A DNA stretch of 64,000 nt from Candidatus Latescibacterota bacterium (GTDB lineage Bacteria > Latescibacterota > UBA2968 > GCA-2709665). Below are positions 1 to 9,959 of this stretch, piece after piece. Positions within the stretch are counted from its first letter, which is position 1. Each line of letters opens with the position of its first letter. A program made the position numbers and the translations under genes. The DNA is taken from contig OZ242180.1 in NCBI GenBank assembly GCA_965205485.1, forward strand, positions 3,328,001-3,392,000, in the 5' to 3' direction. The notes below the pieces were generated by a model. That model saw only the letters and a program-made list of their open reading frames with translations. It was not told the DNA's origin and ran no database searches.

Positions 1-1
1 C

Positions 2-667
2 TGCGCATATGTCGGCGCCGTGGAACGGGCCGGCGGTTGCCCGGTGATTCTCCCGATGGTCGATCGACAGGCGGCGCTTGCGCCGGTGCTGGATCTGATC
101 GACGGGCTGATTATTACGGGAGGTCCGGGCATTACGGACGGTCTGATCGGCGTGCTTCCCGACGACCTCCCCCCGGTAGATCCGATCCGGGCTCAGACGG
201 ACAACTGGATTTACCGAGACGCACGGAAACGGGACCTGCCAATGCTGGGCATCTGCTACGGTATGCAGTTCATCAACGCCAGATTCGAAGGCGCGATCTA
301 CGCTGATATACAGGTCCAACTCGGCAAATGCCCCCATTCCCCCAAACGTTCGGAACAGCTTCCGCTCCGGCACCGCGTTCGGACGCTGGCGGACACCTGG
401 CTCGCAAGCCTGACCGGCCGGCCGGGCGAGCCCCTCGAAGTGAACAGCTCCCATATCCAGGCCATCGAGAGGCCCGGTAGCGGGCTTCGCGTCAATGCGG
501 TAAGCAATGACGGTGTTATCGAAGGGATAGAGACGCAGGACGGACGCATCATTGGCCTGCAGTTTCACCCCGAGGCGATGCCAGGTACGGTGTGGGACCG
601 CGTATTCGAACATCTGGTTTCAATTTCGCGGGCCGGCAGGAACAGGGAAACCGTCGACCGGGACTGA
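2..667 (+). CDS. Peptidase C26 / gamma-glutamyl-gamma-aminobutyrate hydrolase family (class I glutamine amidotransferase-like), 5' truncated by window edge
   Basis: DGLIITGG, LGICYGMQ (catalytic Cys), VNSSH, GLQFHPE (His-Glu); frame open from base 2. Confidence 0.85.
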   Translation, partial: CAYVGAVERAGGCPVILPMVDRQAALAPVLDLIDGLIITGGPGITDGLIGVLPDDLPPVDPIRAQTDNWIYRDARKRDLPMLGICYGMQFINARFEGAIYADIQVQLGKCPHSPKRSEQLPLRHRVRTLADTWLASLTGRPGEPLEVNSSHIQAIERPGSGLRVNAVSNDGVIEGIETQDGRIIGLQFHPEAMPGTVWDRVFEHLVSISRAGRNRETVDRD

Positions 668-760
668 AATAATCGCGGCGGCCGGCGCCGTTGTCGTTCC
701 GGAGTGTTGCAAATTGCGGGCGTTACCGTTCAATGGTACGAATTCAGGAAGGAAACCCGG

Positions 761-1420
761 ATGAGAGAGCGACCCGTTTACTGCTGCAGAAGCGTCTCAA
801 CGCCGCCGCCATTGGATGGGAACATTGCCGGAACCGTGTGGGCGTCGGCAGAGAAAGTCAACCGGGCATTCCATCTGATTGGGACCCGGGCCGACCCGCC
901 CGGCTACTTCCTGGAAGCCGCGGCGCTATGGGACGACGAGGCCCTCTACGTATGTCTTGTATCCGATCCTTCCCCCGTTCCCGTGACGATGCGGGAGCGT
1001 GACGAAGACCTGTTCAACGAGTGTGCGGTGGAGGTCTTCCTTCGAGCGGGAAGCGGCTACTATGAAATCGAGGTGAATCCTCTGGGCGCCGTATTGGATC
1101 TTTACTTCCCGCGGGAGGAAGAGACCGACTGGCGGGCGATGGCGAAATTCGACGTGCCGGGGCTGGTGTGGACGGTCGGGGAGGTGGATGCGAACGGCCG
1201 CTGGTGCGCGCAACTGGCCATCCCGTGGGACGGCGTACCTGAGGTGAGCAGAGCGCGACACGACGGCATGGCCTGCATTTTCGCCAATTTTACGCGAAGC
1301 CAGAAGTTACCGGACGGAAGGTATCATCTGACCACGTGGGGGCCCGCGCAGAATGCGTTTTGCGAACTTGCGAATATGGGCTGCGTCGTACTCTCGTCCC
1401 GCGAACAGGCGGATCGATGA
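761..1420 (+). CDS. Carbohydrate-binding family 9-like (DOMON-like) protein
   Basis: PPLDG..W, LWDDEALYV, VEVFL, YYEIEVNPLG motifs; ATG 761 after GAAGGA. Confidence 0.65.
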   Translation: MRERPVYCCRSVSTPPPLDGNIAGTVWASAEKVNRAFHLIGTRADPPGYFLEAAALWDDEALYVCLVSDPSPVPVTMRERDEDLFNECAVEVFLRAGSGYYEIEVNPLGAVLDLYFPREEETDWRAMAKFDVPGLVWTVGEVDANGRWCAQLAIPWDGVPEVSRARHDGMACIFANFTRSQKLPDGRYHLTTWGPAQNAFCELANMGCVVLSSREQADR

Positions 1421-1986
1421 ACGAAGGAGCCCCCCCTGCCGCGCGCGGCCGGACTCGACCGGCAGATAGGTTCTGGACGACTGCAAACGGACTGAGCCTG
1501 CTCCGCGCCGTGTTGACCGGACCGGTACTCTGGATGATCTGGATGGGTCCGGCGTATAAGTGGTATATGTTCTCCGTTGTCATGGCGATGATTATATCCG
1601 ATATTCTGGACGGATTTCTCGCACGGCGCTCGGGGACCGTAACGCGGTGGGGAAAGATCCTGGACCCGCTTGCCGACAAGGTGGCCATCGATGCGATCGC
1701 GATCATGCTGGCGATTGTGAAGGGATTGCCGCTCTGGGTCGTTGCCGTGGTTGTCGGACGGGATGTTGCCATTGTAGCAGCAGGCGTTTTCTTGCTGAAA
1801 CGGGACCGAATCGTACACTCTTCCAATGTCTGGGGCAAGCTGACCAGCTGTGCGATGAGCGTCCTGCTGATTGCCTACGCAATGGACGCTCAGCCTCTGA
1901 AAGCCCCCTTTTTGTACCTGTCGGCGCTGCTCCTTCTGGCTTCGTCCGTAAGCTATACGCGCAGATTTCCTATCGAAAGGCGGTAG
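1417..1986 (+). CDS. CDP-alcohol phosphatidyltransferase (PgsA-like)
   Basis: SDILDGFLARR...GKILDPLADK signature; ATGA overlap with upstream stop. Confidence 0.9.
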   Translation: MNEGAPPAARGRTRPADRFWTTANGLSLLRAVLTGPVLWMIWMGPAYKWYMFSVVMAMIISDILDGFLARRSGTVTRWGKILDPLADKVAIDAIAIMLAIVKGLPLWVVAVVVGRDVAIVAAGVFLLKRDRIVHSSNVWGKLTSCAMSVLLIAYAMDAQPLKAPFLYLSALLLLASSVSYTRRFPIERR

Positions 1987-2010
1987 AGCGTCAGGCGTGA
2001 TTCTACCCAC

Positions 2011-2694
2011 TTGCGAATCAGTGTTATTATTCCCGTTGTCAATGAAGCAGAAGTCATAACCGGATGCCTGGCGCAGTTCCGAGGACAACGGAACGTTGAA
2101 GTGATCGTGGTCGATGGCGGCAGCCGGGACGGTACGCAGGACAGGACCCGGGCAGCCGGAATCGCGCAGCTGGTGACGTCGCCGAGATCGTTCCGATCCG
2201 CGCAGATGAATCGCGGGGCGGGGTCGGCCTCGGGGGACGTGCTGCTGTTTCTGCACGCCGATACGTTCCTCCCTGACGGCGCGATCCGGATGATCCGGGA
2301 ATCGCTCGAGGATCCGGTCGTGGCGGGTGGAAGCTTCCGCATGGGGCTTTCCGAAGATACGTGGGTGTTCCGGACGATCGCCTTCCTCTCCACGATGCGG
2401 TCCAGGTATCTCGGGGTTACCTACGGCGACCAGGGAATATACGTCCGCCGGGAAGTCTTCGACCGTGTGGCCGGTTTTCCGGAATTGGCGCTTTTCGAGG
2501 ACTCGGAGTTCTGTGCCGCCGTGAGGAAGCTGGGACGTTTCGTGCTGCTGGACGGCAGCGTCCGTACGTCCACTCGCCGTTGGCGGCGTTGGGGGGTCGT
2601 GCCCACGATTCTCTGGATGTGGACGTTGCGTATCCTGTTTCTGTGTTCAGTCTCGGATAAGCGGCTGTGCCGTCTCTATCGCGACGTGCGTTGA
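2011..2694 (+). CDS. GT2 glycosyltransferase (TIGR04283-like)
   Basis: ISVIIP, VVDGGSRDGT, QMNRGA, LFLHAD, YGDQG, ED, TSTRRW motifs. Confidence 0.85.
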   Translation: MRISVIIPVVNEAEVITGCLAQFRGQRNVEVIVVDGGSRDGTQDRTRAAGIAQLVTSPRSFRSAQMNRGAGSASGDVLLFLHADTFLPDGAIRMIRESLEDPVVAGGSFRMGLSEDTWVFRTIAFLSTMRSRYLGVTYGDQGIYVRREVFDRVAGFPELALFEDSEFCAAVRKLGRFVLLDGSVRTSTRRWRRWGVVPTILWMWTLRILFLCSVSDKRLCRLYRDVR

Positions 2695-2714
2695 ACAGAT
2701 CGAGGAGGCTTGGG

Positions 2715-3782
2715 ATGAACGCGGCGCGACTGGGTTTTGTCGGCCTGGGGTACATTACGGTCAATGCCCATCTTCCGCCACTGGCCGTACTGGCGGAAAA
2801 AGGCCATGTGACGTTGCAGGCATTCTGCGACGCAGACGGTGGAACGGCCGCCAGCCAGGCGCGGACCTTCGGTGCGAATGCAGTATACACGGACCATCGT
2901 GAGATGTTCGATAAGGAGGATCTGGACGGCGTCTACATCTGCATCCCGCCCACCCTGCATACGGATGCCGAATTGATCGCCGCGGAGAAGAGGATCCCGG
3001 TAATGGTGGAGAAACCACAGACGCTCGACATCGCGCAGGCCGTCCGGTTCAGCGAGGCGATCAGCAAATCGGGGGTCCCTTCTCAGGTTGGTTTCATGAG
3101 CAGGTATTACACGACCGCGGAGTTCCTGAGGGACCGGGTCTCGGAGCGGACGCCCAGACACGCCCTGGTCCAACTGCTCTACAGTGGCGGTCACATTCGC
3201 TACTGGACAAGCCGATTCGAACTCTGCGGCGGATCGTTCGTGGAGAATACGATTCACATGGTGGACCTGCTCAGATTTTTCCTGGGCGACATCACGGAGG
3301 TTTCCGCGTTTTATCATTATCGCAAGCCCGGGGAAGGTCCCGATCCCATCAATCTGCCCCATGTGTACGACGTGAATTACCGCTTCGAGAGCGGCGTCGT
3401 GGCCAGTGTGACCACCTCGCGCGTGCTGACGAACGTCAATTCGTCCAGGCGGGAGGTGCTGGTCGTATGCGACGATTCGCTGATGGAGTGGTCGGCGGAA
3501 CGGGTCGTGGAAAACGGTGAGACGGTCTTCGAGCCGACGTGCGCGGACAATCCGTTCGCCATCCAGGCTCGTGAATTTGTCAAAGCGATCCGTTCGGGCG
3601 ACGCGTCCGGACTGCGAAACGGGTACCCGCAGGCGTTGAACAGCCTGGCCGCGGTGTTGGGGGCGAATGCGTCCGCCTCCGAAGGGGGTGCGCTGATACG
3701 GCTGGACGATTTCGTGTCCGGTACGGTCGGCGCACGGGATCGAGTCCACGCAAATGCGGGTGCGGCGACCGGCGCTTCATGA
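2715..3782 (+). CDS. Gfo/Idh/MocA family oxidoreductase
   Basis: GFVGLG Rossmann motif, VEKP, ENTIHMVD; GAGGAGG RBS. Confidence 0.88.
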   Translation: MNAARLGFVGLGYITVNAHLPPLAVLAEKGHVTLQAFCDADGGTAASQARTFGANAVYTDHREMFDKEDLDGVYICIPPTLHTDAELIAAEKRIPVMVEKPQTLDIAQAVRFSEAISKSGVPSQVGFMSRYYTTAEFLRDRVSERTPRHALVQLLYSGGHIRYWTSRFELCGGSFVENTIHMVDLLRFFLGDITEVSAFYHYRKPGEGPDPINLPHVYDVNYRFESGVVASVTTSRVLTNVNSSRREVLVVCDDSLMEWSAERVVENGETVFEPTCADNPFAIQAREFVKAIRSGDASGLRNGYPQALNSLAAVLGANASASEGGALIRLDDFVSGTVGARDRVHANAGAATGAS

Positions 3783-3798
3783 ATAGGGGGTGTGGTCG

Positions 3799-4266
3799 AT
3801 GAGCGATATCAGATATTTCACGCCGGTGGAGGCCAACCGGACCCTGCCGCTGGTGAAGCGCATCGTTGCCGACATCCAGGCATCCGGACGCCGGCTGAGG
3901 CGCCTCGCCGAGAAACTCGGGCCTGCAGCGGCCGACGATGCCGAAATCAGGAAACTGATTGCGTCGCTGAATGAGTTCTTCGAGGAACTGGAGGGCATCG
4001 GCTGTTCGTATAAAGATCCCAATTTCAACCTCGGCCTTGTAGATTTCCCCGCCGTGATTGACGGCGAGGAAGTGCTTCTGTGCTGGCGAAGCGATGAGCC
4101 GGCCGTCACCCATTACCACGGTCCCATGGAAGGTTATCAGGGGCGCAAGCGGATTCCCGATGAATTGCTTCGGGAACCCGGAACGGATCAGGGAGAGGAG
4201 CAGTACGATGACAGTTCAGGAACTGGCGAGCCGGTTTCCGGAGATCCCGGCCGATCTGCACGGTGA
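3799..4266 (+). CDS. DUF2203 domain protein
   Basis: FTPVEANRTLP, KD..GLVDFP, LCWR..EP..HYH..EGY.GR pattern. Confidence 0.8.
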   Translation: MSDIRYFTPVEANRTLPLVKRIVADIQASGRRLRRLAEKLGPAAADDAEIRKLIASLNEFFEELEGIGCSYKDPNFNLGLVDFPAVIDGEEVLLCWRSDEPAVTHYHGPMEGYQGRKRIPDELLREPGTDQGEEQYDDSSGTGEPVSGDPGRSAR

Positions 4267-4546
4267 GCCGCTGCTGGCGGCGTTCGCGGAGGCGTTTGAC
4301 GCGCAACTTGAAATTGCTCACAAGCCCAGCGCCTGCGCGGAGGAGCATGACGCGGGCAACCATTTCTATCTGAAACTGATCGGGCCGATCGACATCTACC
4401 GGTACGGACTCTACGACCGCGAACGGGTGCTGAAAGAGATCGGGCAACTCGTTGAAGGGCATCGGTCCGATCCCGACGGGTTCCCGCGCGGGTTGCTGCC
4501 GGAACAGGTTGCGCGGCAGGAGGTCAGAGGACCGGGTTGCGGATAG
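4208..4546 (+). CDS. Hypothetical protein
   Basis: ATG 4208 after GGAGAGGAG; plausible composition; ends GPGCG. Confidence 0.6.
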   Translation: MTVQELASRFPEIPADLHGEPLLAAFAEAFDAQLEIAHKPSACAEEHDAGNHFYLKLIGPIDIYRYGLYDRERVLKEIGQLVEGHRSDPDGFPRGLLPEQVARQEVRGPGCG

Positions 4547-4618
4547 GCCGAAGCCCGCGGTGTTCCGGGTATTGTGGCGGCGGCGTCGCCTGCAGAGCGA
4601 CTTTATCAACGGACTGTT

Positions 4619-6019
4619 ATGGCACAGCACGCGCTTCATTTTCGGACGGCCACAGAACTCGCCGGTCTGTACCGCAGCGGCCAGGTTTCGCCCGTGGAGG
4701 TAACCGAAGCGTATCTGGAACGGATCCATCGGTATCAGCACGGGTCGAAAGCCTTCATTACGGTAACCGCCGATCGCGCGCGGGCGGATGCGAAAGCCGC
4801 GGAACTGGCGCTCCGGTGCGGCAACGATGCCGGGCCGCTGCACGGCGTGCCGATCGCATTGAAGGACCTGTGCGATACCGCGGGCATACGCACCACCTCG
4901 GGAGCCCTGGCGAGGAAGGACTACGTGCCCGCGGCCTCCTCGACGGTCGCGAAGCGACTGGCGCGGGCGGGCACGGTGCTGCTGGGCAAGACGAACCTCG
5001 TGGAATATGCCTTCGGTCCGTTCGGAATCAACCCTCACTTCGGCACGCCGCCGAATCCATGGGACCCGGAGCGGGTTCCAGGCGGGTCCAGCAGCGGATC
5101 CGGTCTGGCGGTGGCGGCCGGTCTGGCTGCTGCCGCGATCGGAACGGACACGGGCGGTTCGGTGCGTATTCCCGCGGCATACTGCGGCGTCGTCGGTCTC
5201 AAGACCACAACGGGCCGCATTGGCACGGCGGGGGTCATGCCGCTTTCCTGGACGCTGGACACGATCGGACCCATGGCCAGATGTGTTGAAGACGCCGCGC
5301 TGATGTATTCGGCGACCGCGGGTGCGGAGACCGGAGACACCACGGCACTCGATTTGCCGGTCGGCGACGTCATGGGTCTCCTGAAGAAGGACGTCACGGG
5401 CCTGCGGCTCGCGGTGGTCCGCGAGCCGTTCTTCAGAGGGGCGGACCCGGACGTCGTCTCTCTTGTGGAAGACGCGATTCAGGTCCTTGCCGGCCTGGGT
5501 GCTGACGTCCGGGAAATGACGTTTCCCGAGGCGGTTCAGGCCGAAAGAGAGGAAGATAACCTCAGGCTCCTGCGGACCGAGGCGGTCGTTGTCCATCGCG
5601 AGGCGTTGACGGAAGCGCCGGATTCGTTCGGCTCCGACGTCCGTGCGCGTCTTCAGGTCGAGCCGGGCCTGCTGGCCGTCGATCTTGCGGAGATCCAGCG
5701 CAAACGTGCCGAAATGATGGAGACTGCGGCGGCGAGGTTGAGAGACGTCGAGGCCGTCGCCGGTCCCACGATGTTGTCTCCCGCGCCGTGTTTGAGCGAT
5801 CTGGACCGCGGCGAGCCGCACCGCTTGCTCACGCGGCTTGTAAACTGGCTGGGTCTGTGCGCGATATCCGTACCCTGCGGATTCACGTCCCGGGGACTTC
5901 CGGTGGGACTGCAGCTGACGGGCAAGCCCTACGACGAGGCGACGATTCTGCGGCTGGCCTACGCGTACGAGCAGGCGACGGACTGGCGGGCGGCGCACCC
6001 GCCCGGCTATTCGCCGTAA
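4619..6019 (+). CDS. Amidase signature family protein (GatA/AtzE-like)
   Basis: GVPIALKD, GGSSSGS, GTDTGGSVRIPA (Ser-cisSer-Lys triad). Confidence 0.92.
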   Translation: MAQHALHFRTATELAGLYRSGQVSPVEVTEAYLERIHRYQHGSKAFITVTADRARADAKAAELALRCGNDAGPLHGVPIALKDLCDTAGIRTTSGALARKDYVPAASSTVAKRLARAGTVLLGKTNLVEYAFGPFGINPHFGTPPNPWDPERVPGGSSSGSGLAVAAGLAAAAIGTDTGGSVRIPAAYCGVVGLKTTTGRIGTAGVMPLSWTLDTIGPMARCVEDAALMYSATAGAETGDTTALDLPVGDVMGLLKKDVTGLRLAVVREPFFRGADPDVVSLVEDAIQVLAGLGADVREMTFPEAVQAEREEDNLRLLRTEAVVVHREALTEAPDSFGSDVRARLQVEPGLLAVDLAEIQRKRAEMMETAAARLRDVEAVAGPTMLSPAPCLSDLDRGEPHRLLTRLVNWLGLCAISVPCGFTSRGLPVGLQLTGKPYDEATILRLAYAYEQATDWRAAHPPGYSP

Positions 6020-6095
6020 GGGGACGATTGCGTCGACACCACATCGATTGACAACTGAAAATCAATACGAAGACTCAAAGCAAGGGGAGCGCGAT

Positions 6096-7682
6096 ATGCT
6101 GGTGGGATACGTGAGTGATGAGCGCTATGTCGCGATGTCCGACGTGGCCCTTGAGTTCAGGGACGCGTCGGGAAACGCGGTGCCCGCACGTTCGTCGGCA
6201 TCGGGTGCGGTATACGCGGACGTTTCGCCCGGGCGGTATCAGGTGGTTCTGGCGCGGCATGGTTACGGGTCGAAGATTGTCGATTTGGAGGTGAAGCCCG
6301 ATGAACCCCATCAGTTTCGTCTGTTGAAGGACTGCCTCATGGGCTACGTGTGGCCCAAGTGCGTCAGGTCGGGCGATCGCTCCGAATTCCGCGTGCATTC
6401 ACACGAACAGTACAAGCTGGAGTTGTGGCGTTACGGCTGGAAAAAGGAACTCATCAGGCCAGTCGGGTGGTACGACGAGCACGGGCCGCGGGCCACCGTG
6501 CAGCTGACTCCCGACGGCGACTATACGCAGGTGGGCGCACAGTGGAACAGGTTCGGCTATACCAGCCCGGGTCATAAACAGCTGGTCACGGCGCCCGAAC
6601 GGTCCGGTCTCTACTATTTTCATGCGAAAACGGAGTCCGGTCTGTTCTTTTCGTTTCCGTGGGTTGTCGCGCCGGCCCGACCGCGGGCGAGAGTGGCCGT
6701 GCTGGCGTCGAACATCAACTGGAACTGCTATAACAACTTCGGCGGGCGCAGCAACTATATTCACCCTGACAGGATGCCGCCCACACCAACCATCAACGCC
6801 CGGCTCGAATTGAAACGCTACACCGATCCGGAGCACATCAACTACGATGCGGAGGAATACCTGCCGCTTTCTTTCGAACGACCTGAGCCGATCAATTTCG
6901 TGCCGGAGGATGAACAGGTAACCGACCCGATCGAAGGGCGGGCGCCGAATCACGTCGCGCCGGCGGAATGGCGGTTGATGGGTTGGCTCGAACGGGAAGG
7001 GTTCGAGTACGACCTCTACTCGGAGACACAACTGCACTTTGGAGCGCTCAATCTGGACGATTACGCCGTTTTGATTCTGGGTCCCCATCCTGAATACTGG
7101 TCCGCCAGGATGTATTACGAGGTGAAGGACTGGGTCTTCAGCCGCGGCGGCAGGCTGATGTATATGGGCGGCAACGGGCTGAACTGCGAGGTGGAGTTGC
7201 CGGACGAGGAAACAATGATCGTCCACAACGGAAACCTTCGTCAACAGAGGGACGGACGATTTGAAAGCCGGATGCACATGCGCCAGGAATCCGAGGCCAA
7301 CCTGCTGGGTGTCGTGTTCACCGATGCCGGCATTATGACAGCGGCGCCTTACCAGGTCGTCGACGCAGGACACTGGGCATTCGAAGGCACCGGTCTCCAG
7401 GACGGCGATATCTTCGGCCGGGAGTGCCTGCATATGCGAATTCCGGGAGGGGCGTCGGGGCACGAAACGGACAAGATCTCGCCCAGATTCTCTCCCGAGA
7501 ACGTGAAACTGCTCGCCCGCGGGACCAACGACAACGATGGCGGCGCTCATATGGTCGTTCACGAGCCGGACGGGGGCGGCGCCGTCTTCTCGACGGGGTC
7601 GATCACCTGTATCAGTTCCCTTCTGGTCAGCGATGAACTGTCACGGTTGACGGGCAACGTGCTGAGGCGGTTCCTGGCGTAA
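6096..7682 (+). CDS. N,N-dimethylformamidase beta-subunit family protein with N-terminal beta-sandwich
   Basis: YNNFGGRSNY, LSFERP, WLEREG, HPEYWS, GGNG, GHETD, VFSTGSI. Confidence 0.78.
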   Translation: MLVGYVSDERYVAMSDVALEFRDASGNAVPARSSASGAVYADVSPGRYQVVLARHGYGSKIVDLEVKPDEPHQFRLLKDCLMGYVWPKCVRSGDRSEFRVHSHEQYKLELWRYGWKKELIRPVGWYDEHGPRATVQLTPDGDYTQVGAQWNRFGYTSPGHKQLVTAPERSGLYYFHAKTESGLFFSFPWVVAPARPRARVAVLASNINWNCYNNFGGRSNYIHPDRMPPTPTINARLELKRYTDPEHINYDAEEYLPLSFERPEPINFVPEDEQVTDPIEGRAPNHVAPAEWRLMGWLEREGFEYDLYSETQLHFGALNLDDYAVLILGPHPEYWSARMYYEVKDWVFSRGGRLMYMGGNGLNCEVELPDEETMIVHNGNLRQQRDGRFESRMHMRQESEANLLGVVFTDAGIMTAAPYQVVDAGHWAFEGTGLQDGDIFGRECLHMRIPGGASGHETDKISPRFSPENVKLLARGTNDNDGGAHMVVHEPDGGGAVFSTGSITCISSLLVSDELSRLTGNVLRRFLA

Positions 7683-7706
7683 GACCCTTGGCGATCGGAG
7701 CGTAGC

Positions 7707-8609
7707 GTGCTATTCGACACGCATACGAACCTGTTGTGGTATCCGGACCATCTGTCGGATGAATTCATCGAGTCGGCGCTTGCGGCCAAGAAGGCGAAGA
7801 TGCGATTGTCGCCCGACGTGTACTACGCCGACGACGCCAGGGACGAGCGCAATGCGTTCGATGCCAGGCCCGAGCAATTGCTGGAGGCCACGGAAGACTG
7901 CGACCGCGCCATCGTGTTCGGCCTGCGTGCGCCGCACGTGGGAATCGACGTGCCCCAGGAACTGGTTGCCGGATTCGTGGACGAAAACCCGGAACGGTTC
8001 TTTGGCTGGTGTTCGGTCAACCCGAACGACGCGGATTGTATCGATCAACTGGTATATTGCGTGGAGGGCCTCGGGCTGCGGGGGTTGAAGGTGGCGCCGA
8101 TCTACCAGAACTGGGACCCGCAGGATCCCCGTCACCTGCCGTTCTTCAAAATGGCGGAATCGCTGGGTATTCCGCTGAATATCCATCAGGGGACCTCTTT
8201 CGTCCGGTTCGGCCCGTTGAAGTACGCGAATCCCATTCAACTCGAGGATATCGCGATTGCGTGTCCCGATCTTCGCATCGTCATTTCCCACATGGGGCAT
8301 CCCTGGGAAGATGAATGCGTCGTGCTGATCCGGAAGCATCCAAACCTCTTCACGAACGTATCCGCGATCCACTACCGTCCGCGGCGGCACTACCACGCCC
8401 TCATGTCGGCGATTGAATACGGCGTGGAACACAAACTGATATTCGGATCCGACTTCCCGTCGGCCACGGCGGCGCAGGTCATCGCCGGACAGTGGAAGGT
8501 GAATGACGTGGTCAGGGGGACCGGTTTCCCGACGGTCCCGGACGAGGTGATCCACAATATCATCTACGAGAACTGGAAGCTTGCCCTTCCCGAATATATT
8601 GGACGATAG
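7707..8609 (+). CDS. Amidohydrolase family 2 (metal-dependent TIM barrel)
   Basis: DTHT, IHQG, SHMGHPW, FGSDFP. Confidence 0.88.
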   Translation: MLFDTHTNLLWYPDHLSDEFIESALAAKKAKMRLSPDVYYADDARDERNAFDARPEQLLEATEDCDRAIVFGLRAPHVGIDVPQELVAGFVDENPERFFGWCSVNPNDADCIDQLVYCVEGLGLRGLKVAPIYQNWDPQDPRHLPFFKMAESLGIPLNIHQGTSFVRFGPLKYANPIQLEDIAIACPDLRIVISHMGHPWEDECVVLIRKHPNLFTNVSAIHYRPRRHYHALMSAIEYGVEHKLIFGSDFPSATAAQVIAGQWKVNDVVRGTGFPTVPDEVIHNIIYENWKLALPEYIGR

Positions 8610-8649
8610 TCGGCCGGAATCTGAGATTCCAAACTCACAATGAGAGGCC

Positions 8650-9894
8650 TTGATGAGCCGATTGTATTATAGCGAAGAAGGGCGGGTGATGCCGACGCTT
8701 TGCGAGGAACTGACGACGTTCCGCCGGGTCCGCAAGAGGCTGGCGTTGCCGGCTACCGACGCGCCGGGGCAGGTCTATCTCCTTGCCCGGCCCTATCCTG
8801 ATAACGCTGCTTCGCTTCGAGTGGCCGTGAACGGCGTTGAAGTCATCGCGATCGAGCCCGATCGGCCGGGCGCGTATTCCTGGTATGAATTCCCGGTGTC
8901 GGACCTGAGGGCCGGCGACAACACCTTCGAACTGTGGACCGACGGGACGGCGATGGACGGCTGGTCTCTCGCGATGGAAGCGGGACGCGCCGGAACCGGC
9001 AGCGGGGTCAGTGACGACGGCGGGGAGACCTGGCGGAGCGACCGGATGGGTTATCTCAACTCGGTCCTGGGCGAGTACGTCGTCCGGGTGCGGCTGGCCG
9101 AGGGCGAGGACCCGCCGCCTCCCGCCATGGTCTGGGAGGTCGCCAGGTCGCCCAGGCTGTTGTCGTTGAGGCGTTTGCTGCCGCCGGTCGCAAGAGACCA
9201 GGGGCCGCTGATCAACCGGGTCCGCGCGTTAACGTCCTGGCTGGCGTCCAGCTGGGAGCATACCAACTCATTAAGGGCGGGCCAATACGCGCCCTGGGAC
9301 GCCGAAACCCTGCTCGCATGGGCTCCCCGACAGGCCGGACACAATGGCAAACGCCCGGTGGCGATGTGCGTACACTACGCGGCGGCGTTCGTGAGCTGCG
9401 CCCAGGCGGCGGGCATCCCGGCTCGGTGCGCCGTACTCACCGAGGCGGTCAACGGTTTCAACGGACATTTCGTGGCCGAGGTCTGGTTCGAGGAGTACCG
9501 CAAGTGGGCCGTGGTGGATCCGAACACCGATGCGCTTTTCATCAGGAATGGGGTACCCATGTCGATGGGCGAGGTGCAGGCCGAGGGAGAAAGCCTGAAG
9601 ACTTATGTCGAATACGGGCCGGGGGCGGAGTACCAGAGGACGTTCCCGCATATGGTTGAATTCGCCCGGGAGAATCTTGAGAAGGGGGTGTGCTTCGGGC
9701 ACCGGAGCGTGTGGTTCCGGAGCGACCTGCTGGGACGACCGGAATTTTCGCCGCCCGCGCACGGATCCCTGAGCTATTGCGAGACCGGCCTGGTCTGGGA
9801 GCAACGCGACCTGGCCGAGGGGTTTGGAATGTTTCCTTATTTCGGCGGCGAAGGCTACTTCGATGCCGCACCGGCGGGATTCGGTGACCGTTGA
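8650..9894 (+). CDS. Transglutaminase-like domain protein
   Basis: MCVHYA (Cys), GHFVAEVW (His), WAVVDP (Asp) triad; start may be 8653. Confidence 0.75.
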   Translation: MMSRLYYSEEGRVMPTLCEELTTFRRVRKRLALPATDAPGQVYLLARPYPDNAASLRVAVNGVEVIAIEPDRPGAYSWYEFPVSDLRAGDNTFELWTDGTAMDGWSLAMEAGRAGTGSGVSDDGGETWRSDRMGYLNSVLGEYVVRVRLAEGEDPPPPAMVWEVARSPRLLSLRRLLPPVARDQGPLINRVRALTSWLASSWEHTNSLRAGQYAPWDAETLLAWAPRQAGHNGKRPVAMCVHYAAAFVSCAQAAGIPARCAVLTEAVNGFNGHFVAEVWFEEYRKWAVVDPNTDALFIRNGVPMSMGEVQAEGESLKTYVEYGPGAEYQRTFPHMVEFARENLEKGVCFGHRSVWFRSDLLGRPEFSPPAHGSLSYCETGLVWEQRDLAEGFGMFPYFGGEGYFDAAPAGFGDR

Positions 9895-9959
9895 AGCGAC
9901 GACCGACGGCGTTCGCGGTCGTGCAAAGCCGGAGTCATCGTCATGATGGGAGTCCCGTG

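Noticed and set aside
2011..2694. Arsenosugar biosynthesis locus
   Set aside because: No arsM, radical SAM or partner glycosyltransferase nearby
4106..5998. 630-aa minus-strand ORF
   Set aside because: Antisense shadow of the amidase in GC-rich DNA; no motifs
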